Position numbers and translations under genes: made by a program. The notes beneath the pieces are model-generated. The model was not told the DNA's origin, searched no databases, and saw only the letters and a list, made by a program, of their open reading frames with translations. Positions 28,534 to 37,879 of a stretch of DNA of 64,000 nt are shown here, piece by piece. The stretch covers positions 3,104,001-3,168,000 of the forward strand of contig OZ252100.1 of the NCBI GenBank assembly GCA_965248435.1. Reading direction: 5' to 3'. Source of the DNA: Candidatus Latescibacterota bacterium (GTDB taxonomy: Bacteria; Latescibacterota; UBA2968; GCA-2709665). Within the stretch, counting starts at the first letter, position 1; each line of letters opens with the position of its first letter.

Positions 28534-30726
28534 ATGAACATCGTCGGCTACAGCGACCACTTGAGTGTTAGCGCAGGGCAGCGCATCCGCTTCATGGTCA
28601 GCAGCGAAGCGCCCACCTACCACGCCAAGATCGTGCGCTTGCTGCACACCGATGACAACCCCAAGGGTCCTGGTTTCAAGTACTCAGTTCTGCAGACCTC
28701 CATCGACGGTGAATACGAGGGCCGGCACCAGGCCATCTACACAGGTTCGTACGCGATTGTGCCCCATCATGCCCTCTTAGACTGCACGGAGGGGTTTACC
28801 CTGCAGGCCTGGATCTATCCTACTACACCTCAAAAGGGTGTCCAAGCGCTACTGACCAAGTTTTCCACCAGCGACCGATCGGGTTACGGACTGGTCATCG
28901 ACGAAGACGGCTCGCTGGCCCTGTGGCTTGGTGCAGGCGACCAGTTGCAAAAGGTGCGCACCGGTGTCGCTCTGGAGACAGCACGATGGTATTTTGTCTC
29001 CGCTTCATACGACGCTGCCACGGGTGCCGTCTGCCTCACCCAGAAAAGACAGACCCGTTGGCCGATGGACGGTGCCGAAGCCACCATCCGCAAAACCGTC
29101 CGATCCGGCGCGCTCGGCGCGAACCAGGACGATCTTCTGATGGCTGCTCGCCGGAATTTCTCTACAGCGGGGGCGCCCGCCATCGACCATTTCAACGGGA
29201 AGATCGACGGCCCGCGCCTCTACGACCGTGCCCTACACGAGCCGGATTCCGCGGAATCCGACAGCGCTGTCGCCCACTGGGACTTTTCGCTCGACATCGG
29301 CTCGCAGCAGGTGAGCGACAGCCAGCCCAACGGCCTCCACGGCCGCACCGTCAACCTGCCGACCCGTGCGGTGACCGGCCACAACTGGCGGGGCGACGAG
29401 GCGCATTTCAAGGTCGTCCCCGCACAGTACGGGGCTATACACTTCCACGACGACGACCTCGAAGACGCAGGGTGGGATCTTGCCTTCGAGTGGAGCGTGC
29501 CCGACGACCACCCAAGCGGCTTCTACGCGGCTCACTTGGAGACCCCCGAGGCCGAAGATTACGTGCCATTCATCGTGGTCGCAAAGACTGCCCGAACCCG
29601 CATCGCTTTCCTGGCCCCCACCCTCACCTACCAGGTCTACGCCGATCAACGTTTCGAGGATCAGATTCGCGAGTCGTTGGACCTGCGCGAAAGCGAAAAC
29701 TCGACGCCTCAGGACCAATACATGAAGGACCAGAAGCTTCTGAGCTGTTACGATCTACACAGCGATGGCTCTGGCGTTTGCTACGGGTCACGGCTGCGAC
29801 CGATTCTCAATATTCGACCCCTCTACCGTATGCCCTCCCGGTCTCTGGCTGCCTTCTACCCTCGCTTGCTCAATGCAGACCTCCATCTCCTTCATTGGCT
29901 GGACACGAAGGGCTTCGCCTACGACGTGATTACCGACGACGAACTGCACCACCGAGGAAGCGAGCTGCTCGAACCCTACCAGGTACTTATCACCGGCACC
30001 CATCCGGAATACTGGACGGCGCAGATGCTCGACGGGCTGGAGTCGTATCAGGCGGACGGAGGTCGCCTTATGTACTTGGGCGGCAATGGTTTCTATTGGA
30101 TCACGTCCTTCGACCCACAGCGCCCGCACATCGTCGAAGTGAGGCGCTGGCGGGGCTCACGTGCCTGGGAGGCCGCTCCAGGTGAGTGCTACCACAGCAC
30201 CACCGGCGAGATGGGCGGACTTTGGCGCTACCGCAACCGGGCGCCGCAGAAGATGGTTGGTGTCGGCTTTGCCTCCCAGGGCGGCGGCCGTAATCGGCCT
30301 TACAAACGCCAGCCTGACAGCTTCGACCCCAGGGCGGCCTTTATCTTCGAAGGCATCGGTGCAGAAGAGATGATTGGCGACTTTCCCGCCCTGGTCCTCG
30401 AACACGGCGCCGCCGGCTTCGAAATCGACCGGGTGGACCGTGCTCTCGGCACGCCCGACCACGCCCTCTTGCTTGCCACGGCCGATGGTTTTACCGACCT
30501 GTACCAGGTGGCTATAGAGGACCAGCTGGTCTCCGTACCCAACACTGGCGGCAGTCAGAATTCGATGGTTCGCTCTGACATGGTCTACTTCGATGGTCCC
30601 AGGGGGGGCGCCGTATTCTCGGTCGGCTCGATCAGCTGGTGCAGCTGCCTCTCCTACAACGGAGGCGACAACAATGTCTCCCGGATTACCGAGAACGTGC
30701 TGCGTCGCTTCGCAGAGAGGGGCTAA
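28534..30726 (+). CDS. N,N-dimethylformamidase large subunit family, tandem paralog
   Basis: Colinear and highly similar to 26137..28305. Confidence 0.9.
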   Translation: MNIVGYSDHLSVSAGQRIRFMVSSEAPTYHAKIVRLLHTDDNPKGPGFKYSVLQTSIDGEYEGRHQAIYTGSYAIVPHHALLDCTEGFTLQAWIYPTTPQKGVQALLTKFSTSDRSGYGLVIDEDGSLALWLGAGDQLQKVRTGVALETARWYFVSASYDAATGAVCLTQKRQTRWPMDGAEATIRKTVRSGALGANQDDLLMAARRNFSTAGAPAIDHFNGKIDGPRLYDRALHEPDSAESDSAVAHWDFSLDIGSQQVSDSQPNGLHGRTVNLPTRAVTGHNWRGDEAHFKVVPAQYGAIHFHDDDLEDAGWDLAFEWSVPDDHPSGFYAAHLETPEAEDYVPFIVVAKTARTRIAFLAPTLTYQVYADQRFEDQIRESLDLRESENSTPQDQYMKDQKLLSCYDLHSDGSGVCYGSRLRPILNIRPLYRMPSRSLAAFYPRLLNADLHLLHWLDTKGFAYDVITDDELHHRGSELLEPYQVLITGTHPEYWTAQMLDGLESYQADGGRLMYLGGNGFYWITSFDPQRPHIVEVRRWRGSRAWEAAPGECYHSTTGEMGGLWRYRNRAPQKMVGVGFASQGGGRNRPYKRQPDSFDPRAAFIFEGIGAEEMIGDFPALVLEHGAAGFEIDRVDRALGTPDHALLLATADGFTDLYQVAIEDQLVSVPNTGGSQNSMVRSDMVYFDGPRGGAVFSVGSISWCSCLSYNGGDNNVSRITENVLRRFAERG

Positions 30727-30743
30727 GATGGCGGAGATGAGGG

Positions 30744-31637
30744 TTGCCGGAGGTGAGTGAAACTGGATTCCGGAGCTCGTTTTCGATTCCAGAGGCAAAC
30801 TTGTCGGCGGCCTCGTGCGATTCGGTTCTGGCCGCCCTGAATTTTTTCGTGGACGGACGGACGGGTGGTGGCATCTTACTGGACCTGTCTGATATCGAAT
30901 TCGTAGACCCGTACGGCATGGGACTGCTCAGCCTGATCGGCCGTTTTCTGAGCACTCGGTTCTCCGATGTCGCCTGTCGATTTCCGGCAGACCCGGGTAC
31001 TGAAAGCTATCTGACCCGGATGCGTCTTTTCGAAGCGCTCAGGGACTATGTGACTCTGGAACGCGTCCCTCGAACAGAAAGACGTCCCGTACACAATGAG
31101 GGGCTTCTCGAGGTCTCGGACATCGAAGACCGGGCGGACATCGAGTCTGTCCTGGCTGAGATCGAAGCCCGCGTCTCGTCGATCCTGACGGCGGAACTCG
31201 GGTATACCTTTCGCGAGATTACCGACTTCAAGAATGTTGTCGCGGAGCTCTGTCACAATATTCTGGATCATAGCGGAGATCAGGGCGTTCTGGTCGCCCA
31301 ACGCTACCTCAACCAGAAACTGGGCAAAAAGTTTGTGATCATCGGGGTGTGCGATCTGGGGATGGGGATCAGAGAAAGCCTGTCCGGGCGGTTCGACGTG
31401 TCTGAGTGGAGCCACGCCGACGCGGTCAGCAAAGCCATCAGGCGGGAGTTCTCGAGAGAGACCGCCCGGGGGCTGGGACTCTACATCGTGAATCAGATCT
31501 GTCAGACCTATCAGGGGAGTCTTCACATTCGTTCCGGAGATGCGCGGGTCTATTTTCGTGGTCGGCGTACGTATGTACATCCGGGAAAATATTTTCCAGG
31601 TACGCAGGTGAGCATTACGCTGTACGAGAAGGGATAA
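30744..31637 (+). CDS. STAS-like plus HATPase_c (anti-sigma/Ser-kinase-like) protein
   Basis: LLDLSDIEFVDP; GHKL boxes ELCHNILDH, DLGMGI, GLGL, PGTQV; no HisKA domain. Confidence 0.7.
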   Translation: MPEVSETGFRSSFSIPEANLSAASCDSVLAALNFFVDGRTGGGILLDLSDIEFVDPYGMGLLSLIGRFLSTRFSDVACRFPADPGTESYLTRMRLFEALRDYVTLERVPRTERRPVHNEGLLEVSDIEDRADIESVLAEIEARVSSILTAELGYTFREITDFKNVVAELCHNILDHSGDQGVLVAQRYLNQKLGKKFVIIGVCDLGMGIRESLSGRFDVSEWSHADAVSKAIRREFSRETARGLGLYIVNQICQTYQGSLHIRSGDARVYFRGRRTYVHPGKYFPGTQVSITLYEKG

Positions 31638-31760
31638 ATCCGTCGTTCGTGAATCGTGAAGACCGGGTACCGGGGTTCGGGTACCGGGGTTCGTAAAACC
31701 GAGGACCGTCGTTCCAAATTTCGCTGATGAAAAAAAACAGCGGTCATCGAAGGATATGAT

Positions 31761-32369
31761 ATGGAGCGGGAGCTTCTGGAATCTTATGCGGGAAACGATC
31801 CGATTCTCCTCTTTAATCGGTGGTTTGAGGATGCGCAGAAGGCTGGGATCTTTCTTGCGGAGGGGATGACCCTGGCGACAACTACGAAAGACGGAGTGCC
31901 GTCTGCACGAGTTGTGCTGCTGAAAGAGGTCGACGATGAGGTGTTCGTCTTCTATACAAACTTCGAGAGTCGAAAGGCAGTGGAGCTGGACAAGAATCCC
32001 CAAGGCGCGCTCGTCTTCTGGTGGAATGAACTGGAGCGTCAGGTGCGTATCGAAGGGCGTGTGGAGAAAGTGCCGGATGAGAAGTCGGATGACTATTTCA
32101 AAGGTCGACCGCGTGAACGCCAGCTTGGGGCGTGGGCATCCCATCAGAGCCGGGTGGTTTCGGATCGAGACGAGCTGGATCGCCGGTTCGAGGCGTTAGA
32201 ACGGGAGTACGACGGCAAAGAGATCCCAAGGCCGCCTTACTGGGGGGGATACTGTCTGATTCCGGACAGCGTAGAGTTTTTCCAGGCCCGTTCAGACCGG
32301 TTGAACGATCGCCTGATTTACCGTCGAGGAGGGAAAGCGGATTGGGTGCGTGAGCGTCTGGCCCCGTAA
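31761..32369 (+). CDS. pdxH: pyridoxamine 5'-phosphate oxidase
   Basis: PSARVVLLK, FYTNFESRK, ERQVRIEG, RPPYWGG, RLNDR, RLAP. Confidence 0.95.
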   Translation: MERELLESYAGNDPILLFNRWFEDAQKAGIFLAEGMTLATTTKDGVPSARVVLLKEVDDEVFVFYTNFESRKAVELDKNPQGALVFWWNELERQVRIEGRVEKVPDEKSDDYFKGRPRERQLGAWASHQSRVVSDRDELDRRFEALEREYDGKEIPRPPYWGGYCLIPDSVEFFQARSDRLNDRLIYRRGGKADWVRERLAP

Positions 32370-32396
32370 GCCTCGTCCACCTAAATCTATCGATAT

Positions 32397-33452
32397 ATGG
32401 CCACGTTTCATTTAGGCAACGCAATCTGCAGGTCTCTTGTTCCGTGGTTGGAACTGGATTGGCCCCTAGACTGGGAATTCATTTTCAAACGGTCGGGCCG
32501 GTTGGTGGTGGAGATCGGGTTTGGGAATGGAGACTTTTTGGCAGAAGAGGCAGAGACGAATCCTGATGCGAATTTTGTAGGCATAGAGCGTTCGTGGGGA
32601 TCTGCACAACGCCTTCTGCGACGGATTGAGAGGAAGGGCCTGGAAAACGTCCGGGTTGTGCAAGGAAGTGCGGGTTACCTTGTTGAGCACCTCTTTGACC
32701 AGGACGACATCGATGAGGCCTATGTCAACTTTTCCGACCCCTGGCCCAAAGAGCGGCACCACACACGCCGTCTGATCCAGCCCGAGTTCGTGAGCCTCCT
32801 TGGGAGACGGCTGAGGCCCGGGGGGGAGACAACGATCTCAACAGATCACGCAGAGTATGCCGAGTGGATTAACGAAGTTTTACAGGACCAGGAGCTTCTT
32901 CAATCGAAGTTTCGTTCATCATTCATCCACGACTTGCCGGGCCAAAGGCCAACAAAGTATGAGCAAAAGGCGAGGGCTGCGGGGTCCCAGATCTACTACT
33001 TTGTCTGGCGCCGAGACGGCTGCGTGTCTGAACCATCAACACATAAGAGGGTAGAAGATATGCCGAACGTGATTCTTGAGGGTCCGATCGATCCAAAACA
33101 GCTATTTTCTGGATTTGAGCCACAGACCCATCAGGAGTCGCACCGGGGCGTCCCCGTCATCTTGAAGTTCCTGAGGGCGTATCAGGACCTTAGCGAAGGC
33201 CATCACCTTGTTGAAGTGATGGTCAGAGACGGAGATCTTTCTCAGCACTTTGGTATTTCAGTGATCACCCGTCCTGACGAGCGACTGTTGATCAAACTGG
33301 CTGCGATGGGACATCCCAGACCTCTCTATGGGGTGAAACAAGCGGTCTGGCGAGTCGCTGAACTTATTTTGAATCAGTTTCCTGAGATGAGAGTCGCTTC
33401 GAGTACGGTGACCCCGGATCACGTAGAGCGTGAGATGGAGATCGGAGACTAG
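32397..33452 (+). CDS. trmB: tRNA (guanine-N7)-methyltransferase with C-terminal extension
   Basis: VEIGFGNG, NFSDPWPKERH, STDH, TKYEQK. Confidence 0.9.
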   Translation: MATFHLGNAICRSLVPWLELDWPLDWEFIFKRSGRLVVEIGFGNGDFLAEEAETNPDANFVGIERSWGSAQRLLRRIERKGLENVRVVQGSAGYLVEHLFDQDDIDEAYVNFSDPWPKERHHTRRLIQPEFVSLLGRRLRPGGETTISTDHAEYAEWINEVLQDQELLQSKFRSSFIHDLPGQRPTKYEQKARAAGSQIYYFVWRRDGCVSEPSTHKRVEDMPNVILEGPIDPKQLFSGFEPQTHQESHRGVPVILKFLRAYQDLSEGHHLVEVMVRDGDLSQHFGISVITRPDERLLIKLAAMGHPRPLYGVKQAVWRVAELILNQFPEMRVASSTVTPDHVEREMEIGD

Positions 33453-33457
33453 CGTCT

Positions 33458-34357
33458 TTGCGGGCCTGTTACAGTCCTGACTATTTCGTGGCCCTGCCCC
33501 AGGGGCATCGATTTCCGATGGGGAAATTCCCTGCACTCCATCGGATTTTGATTTTGCAGGGGTTCGTGCGGCCGGACGATGTTGTGGCGCCTTTTGAGGC
33601 GGCGTGGGAAGACCTGCTGCTTGTACATACAGAGGGCTACCTCTCGGGGCTGAAACAGAGCAAGCTGAGCCGTTCGACGGAGCGAAGAATCGGACTACCG
33701 GTTTCTGAGGCGCTCTTCAGGCGCTCGCGACTCGCGACCCAGGGCACGGTCGAGGCCGGGCGTATGGCTCTGGAGGACGGCATCGCTGCGAACCTGGCCG
33801 GCGGTATGCACCACGGCTTTCCGGATCACGGGGAGGGGTTCTGTGTTCTGAACGACGTAGCTGTTGCCGTTCGAGTTCTGCGGCGCTCCGGACGTGTGAG
33901 CCGAATCCTGGTCCTGGACCTGGACGTACATCAGGGCAATGGAACGGCGTCGATCTTTTCTGGTGAGCCGTCTGTCTATACTTTTTCGATGCATGGCGCA
34001 AAGAATTTTCCTTTCAAGAAGGCCCGATCTTCCCTGGATGTCGCACTGCTTGACGGCACCGGAGACCGTGACTATCTGAACTTACTTTCACTGCATCTTC
34101 GGCGTGCCTTCGAACAGGCGAAGCCGGACCTGATCTATTACCTTGCCGGGGTGGACCCGGTGGGTGGTGACCGGTTCGGGAGACTTACGCTTAGCCGAGA
34201 GGGGCTTATGAGGCGGGATCGATTGGTTCTGGAGACGGCGCATCGCGCAGGTGTTCCAATCGCGCTTCTTCTATCTGGTGGGTATGCGAAGTCGGCGGAA
34301 GAGACGGCGGACCTGCACGCGGTGGTCCACAGGGAAGCGGCGGAGGTTTTTGGATAA
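33458..34357 (+). CDS. histone deacetylase family protein
   Basis: HRFPMGKF, GGMHH, GFCVLND, DLDVHQGNG, GGY. Confidence 0.92.
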   Translation: MRACYSPDYFVALPQGHRFPMGKFPALHRILILQGFVRPDDVVAPFEAAWEDLLLVHTEGYLSGLKQSKLSRSTERRIGLPVSEALFRRSRLATQGTVEAGRMALEDGIAANLAGGMHHGFPDHGEGFCVLNDVAVAVRVLRRSGRVSRILVLDLDVHQGNGTASIFSGEPSVYTFSMHGAKNFPFKKARSSLDVALLDGTGDRDYLNLLSLHLRRAFEQAKPDLIYYLAGVDPVGGDRFGRLTLSREGLMRRDRLVLETAHRAGVPIALLLSGGYAKSAEETADLHAVVHREAAEVFG

Positions 34358-34367
34358 CGTTCTAAAA

Positions 34368-34390
34368 ATGCCCCGCCGGGGCGTCTCTAC
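34368..34390 (-). repeat. GTAG-type REP palindrome
   Basis: Reverse strand reads GTAG-agacgccccggcggggcat. Confidence 0.6.
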
Positions 34391-34416
34391 GGCAGTTTAT
34401 TTGACAAAGGCAATAT

Positions 34417-35169
34417 ATGATTTCGTTGAATGGAGTCTCAAAGCGATTCGGGAATACGGTCGCGCTGGAGCCGATGGACCTGGCGATTCAACCTGGCCGC
34501 ACGACGGTGCTGATCGGTCCGAGTGGCTGTGGGAAGTCGACGCTGCTGCGGCTGATGATCTATTTGATCCAGCCGGATACCGGTTCGGTGCGCTTCGAGG
34601 GCCGCGCGTTTACGCCTGCAGACGCGCTTGTGCTGCGGCGTCGGATGGGCTATGTGATTCAGGACGGAGGTCTGTTTCCTCACCTTACCGCGCGCGACAA
34701 CGTCGCTTTGATGGCACGCTATCTAGGTTGGGAGGCCGGTCGGGTCGAATCCCGTTTGGGTGATCTGTCCGAGCTGACCCGGTTTCCGAAGGATGGGCTG
34801 GATCGCTTTCCGGCGCAGCTCTCGGGTGGGCAGAAGCAGCGAGTGAGTCTGATGCGAGCGCTGATGCTGGACCCTGATGTGCTGTTGTTGGACGAGCCCC
34901 TTGGCTCGCTGGATCCGATGGTCCGCTCTGAGCTGCAGACGGACCTTCGGCAGATTTTTCAGACCGTGCGTAAAACGGTGGTGATGGTGACTCACGACAT
35001 GGGTGAGGCCGGGTTCTTCGGCGATGTCATCGTGCTTCTGCGTGAGGGGGAGATTGTGCAACAGGGAGCGCTGCAAGATCTTGTAGAGAGGCCCACCGAT
35101 CCGTTCGTAACACAGTTCATCAATGCTCAGCGCAGTCCGCTGGAAGTCGTGGGAGGGAGTTCTCAGTGA
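34417..35169 (+). CDS. ABC transporter ATP-binding subunit, osmoprotectant/quaternary-amine family
   Basis: GPSGCGKS, LRRRMGYVIQ, LSGGQ, LLDEP. Confidence 0.9.
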   Translation: MISLNGVSKRFGNTVALEPMDLAIQPGRTTVLIGPSGCGKSTLLRLMIYLIQPDTGSVRFEGRAFTPADALVLRRRMGYVIQDGGLFPHLTARDNVALMARYLGWEAGRVESRLGDLSELTRFPKDGLDRFPAQLSGGQKQRVSLMRALMLDPDVLLLDEPLGSLDPMVRSELQTDLRQIFQTVRKTVVMVTHDMGEAGFFGDVIVLLREGEIVQQGALQDLVERPTDPFVTQFINAQRSPLEVVGGSSQ

Positions 35170-36659
35170 AGTCGATGGGATGGCTGCTGTTCGTGTCGGC
35201 CATGTGTACGTCTTCGTGGGCCAACGGTCCAGAGGTGAAGATCGGGTCTAAGACGTTTACAGAATCGGTGATCCTTGGGGAGCTGGTCGTGCATCTGGTG
35301 GAAGACGCCGGTGGACGGCCCGTATACAAACGCGAGCTGGGCGGAACTCGGGTCCTGTGGAACGCGCTGCTTCGGGGGGATATCGATGTCTATCCTGAAT
35401 ACACGGGTACGATCAGCCAGGAGATCCTGGCAGGTCAGGGCATTCGTGACGAAGCGGCGATCCGTAAGGCCCTGGCCGCGAAGGGCATCCGCGTTAGTCG
35501 TTCCTTCGGGTTCAACAATACGTATGCGGTCGGGATGAGGGAGGATGTGGCGTCGCCTCTGGGCATTCGGACGGTTTCGGACCTGCGCGACCACCCTGAG
35601 CTGACGTTCGGGTTCAGCAACGAGTTTATGGCTCGAGGAGACGGCTGGCCCAGTCTGCGCGATCGATATGGGCTTCCGCAGGTCGAGGTACAGGGACTCG
35701 ATCACGACCTGGCCTACCGGGGTCTGGAGAGTGGTTCAATCGATGCGACCGATCTGTATTCCACTGACGCGGAGATCCGGTACTATGGATTGCGGGTCCT
35801 GGAAGACGATCTGAAACACTTTCCTGCCTACAACGGCGTGCTCGTCTACCGTGCTGATTTGGAGACGCGCGCCCCGGAGGTGGTGTCCGCAATGCTGCGG
35901 TTGGAAGGACGGATCCAGGAATCGGCGATGGTGGAGATGAATGCTCGGGCAAAGCTCGATAAGGTCGCTGAGAGCCGTGTGGCGGCCGATTTTCTGACAT
36001 CCCGTCTGTCTGTTGACGCGGAAGCCAGAGAGGAGCAGGTGATGGAGCGCCTGCTTCGCACGACTCGGGAACACCTCATTCTGGTTGCGATCTCGCTGAC
36101 GGCGGCGATTTTGATCTCGATACCGCTGGGCGTCCTGGCCGCGCGCCTGCCGCGCTTCGGACAGGCGATTCTGGGACTTACCGGGGTCGTTCAGACGATT
36201 CCGGCGCTTGCGCTGCTGGTGTTGATGATTCCCCTGCTCGGCATCGGCGGACCGCCCGCGATCGCAGCCCTTTTCCTCTACAGTCTGCTCCCGATCGTTC
36301 GCAACACATATGCAGGCTTGCACGGTGTGCCGCTCGAGATTCGCGAATCGGCCGAGGCATTAGGACTGCCATCCCGTGTGCGCCTGCGCCTTGTGGAACT
36401 GCCCATGGCTTCGCGGTCGATCCTGGCCGGGATAAAGACCTCAGCCGTAATCAACGTGGGGTTCGCGACTCTTGGTGCGCTGATCGGGGCGGGAGGCTAC
36501 GGCCAGCCGATTCTGACTGGCATCCGGCTGGACGATACAGGTCTGATCCTCCAGGGTGCGGTACCGGCAGCGGCACTCGCGCTTGTGGTGCAGGGGCTTT
36601 TCGAGCTGGTGGAGCGGGTGATGGTCCCTCGGGGGCTGAGGCTGAGTCCAGAATCCTGA
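35166..36659 (+). CDS. fused substrate-binding protein plus permease, betaine/ergothioneine-type
   Basis: IGSKTFTE, PEYTGT, NNTYA, EF..R.DG, YSTD, FPAY, then a TMD with QTIPALAL and an EAA loop. Confidence 0.88.
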   Translation: MKSMGWLLFVSAMCTSSWANGPEVKIGSKTFTESVILGELVVHLVEDAGGRPVYKRELGGTRVLWNALLRGDIDVYPEYTGTISQEILAGQGIRDEAAIRKALAAKGIRVSRSFGFNNTYAVGMREDVASPLGIRTVSDLRDHPELTFGFSNEFMARGDGWPSLRDRYGLPQVEVQGLDHDLAYRGLESGSIDATDLYSTDAEIRYYGLRVLEDDLKHFPAYNGVLVYRADLETRAPEVVSAMLRLEGRIQESAMVEMNARAKLDKVAESRVAADFLTSRLSVDAEAREEQVMERLLRTTREHLILVAISLTAAILISIPLGVLAARLPRFGQAILGLTGVVQTIPALALLVLMIPLLGIGGPPAIAALFLYSLLPIVRNTYAGLHGVPLEIRESAEALGLPSRVRLRLVELPMASRSILAGIKTSAVINVGFATLGALIGAGGYGQPILTGIRLDDTGLILQGAVPAAALALVVQGLFELVERVMVPRGLRLSPES

Positions 36660-36770
36660 CGCCACGCGGCAACTCGAGTCCTGCTTGACATCCGTTTGGG
36701 CAGATCAAATATTGATGATCACTCGGGATTTCCCAAGGCTTTGCAATCGTTGGAAAGGATAGACGCCCAG

Positions 36771-37775
36771 GTGCCTTTGTCGGAGTTTGATGGCCGTTTC
36801 TCACTTATTACCGAGGAGGTTCAGTCGGCGGAGGACTCCTTCGCGGCGGATGTGACCGAAGGTCTCTCGTCGTCGCCCAAACGGCTTTCTTGTCGGTTCT
36901 TTTATGACGGCGAGGGATCCCAACTGTTTGACGATATCACCAAGCTTCCTGAGTACTATCTGACGGATGCCGGTTCGGAAATCCTGGATTCCCGGGCGGA
37001 CGAGATCGCATCCGCATTTGAGGATGAAGTTACGCTGGTCGAGCTGGGCAGCGGGAGTGCAGTGAAGACCCAGCATCTCATCGATGTGCTGCTAGAGCGG
37101 CAAGACGGGCTTCGGTTCGTGCCGGTAGACATCTCCGTGGACGTCCTGGAGGAGAGCTCTCGCGACCTGCTCCGTAACTATCCAGAACTGAGGGTGCTGG
37201 GCGTTGCCGCAGAGTATCGGGCTGGCCTGGAGAGGATCGAGAAAGAGATAGACGGCGCAAAGCTCATCCTCTGGCTCGGGTCGAACGTGGGGAATTTCGA
37301 AAGGGAGGAGGCGGCTCGATTTCTGGGTCAGATCGGGGAGCAGATGACCGATCAGGACCGCTTATTGATGGGCGTTGACCTTCGCAAAGATCGTTCTGTG
37401 CTTGAAGCGGCATACGACGATTCTCAAGGTGTGACGGCTCGATTCAATCTGAACCTTCTTGAACGGATCAACAAAGAACTCGGCGGGCAGTTCGATGTGG
37501 ATACGTTTCGGCACCGAGCGGTTTACAATGAGGAGGCGGGACGAGTAGAGATGTATCTGGACAGCACGTGTGCACAGACGGTAAGGATCGAGGAACTGAA
37601 TCTGGTCGTTTCGTTCGAGAAGGGAGAAGAGATTCACACGGAGAACTCTTACAAGTATTCGCTTGCTGAGATCGACAGACTCGCCGAGGCGGCTTGTATG
37701 CAGGTAGAGCGACGGTGGCTTGATACAAGGCGCCTGTTCAGCAAGAACCTCCTGAAGGTCAGGGACGCGAAATAG
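36771..37775 (+). CDS. egtD: L-histidine N-alpha-trimethyltransferase
   Basis: FFYD.EGS.LF..IT.LPEYY, ELGSG, GVDL.KD, AYDDSQGVTA.FN, IHTENSYKY; start 36771 or 36696. Confidence 0.88.
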   Translation: MPLSEFDGRFSLITEEVQSAEDSFAADVTEGLSSSPKRLSCRFFYDGEGSQLFDDITKLPEYYLTDAGSEILDSRADEIASAFEDEVTLVELGSGSAVKTQHLIDVLLERQDGLRFVPVDISVDVLEESSRDLLRNYPELRVLGVAAEYRAGLERIEKEIDGAKLILWLGSNVGNFEREEAARFLGQIGEQMTDQDRLLMGVDLRKDRSVLEAAYDDSQGVTARFNLNLLERINKELGGQFDVDTFRHRAVYNEEAGRVEMYLDSTCAQTVRIEELNLVVSFEKGEEIHTENSYKYSLAEIDRLAEAACMQVERRWLDTRRLFSKNLLKVRDAK

Positions 37776-37817
37776 AGACGCTTTATTTAATTGCCAATGT
37801 GCCTCATCCGGAAGGGC

Positions 37818-37852
37818 GTTTTGATCGAGGGGTCGATCGCGCCCTATTTTTC
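37818..37852 (+). terminator. possible intrinsic terminator after egtD
   Basis: agggcg...gatcga-gggg-tcgatc...cgccct followed by ATTTTT. Confidence 0.35.
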
Positions 37853-37879
37853 TGAGAGCGAGGCTCGTTCAGGGCGACG

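Noticed and set aside
28923-30185. 420-aa alternative-frame ORF inside the second DMFase-like gene
   Set aside because: Arg/Pro-rich off-frame product of GC3 bias; the equivalent frame is broken in the paralog.
26034-30760. Intact prophage or integrative element at ssrA
   Set aside because: No integrase, no phage genes, and no duplicated ssrA 3' end was seen.
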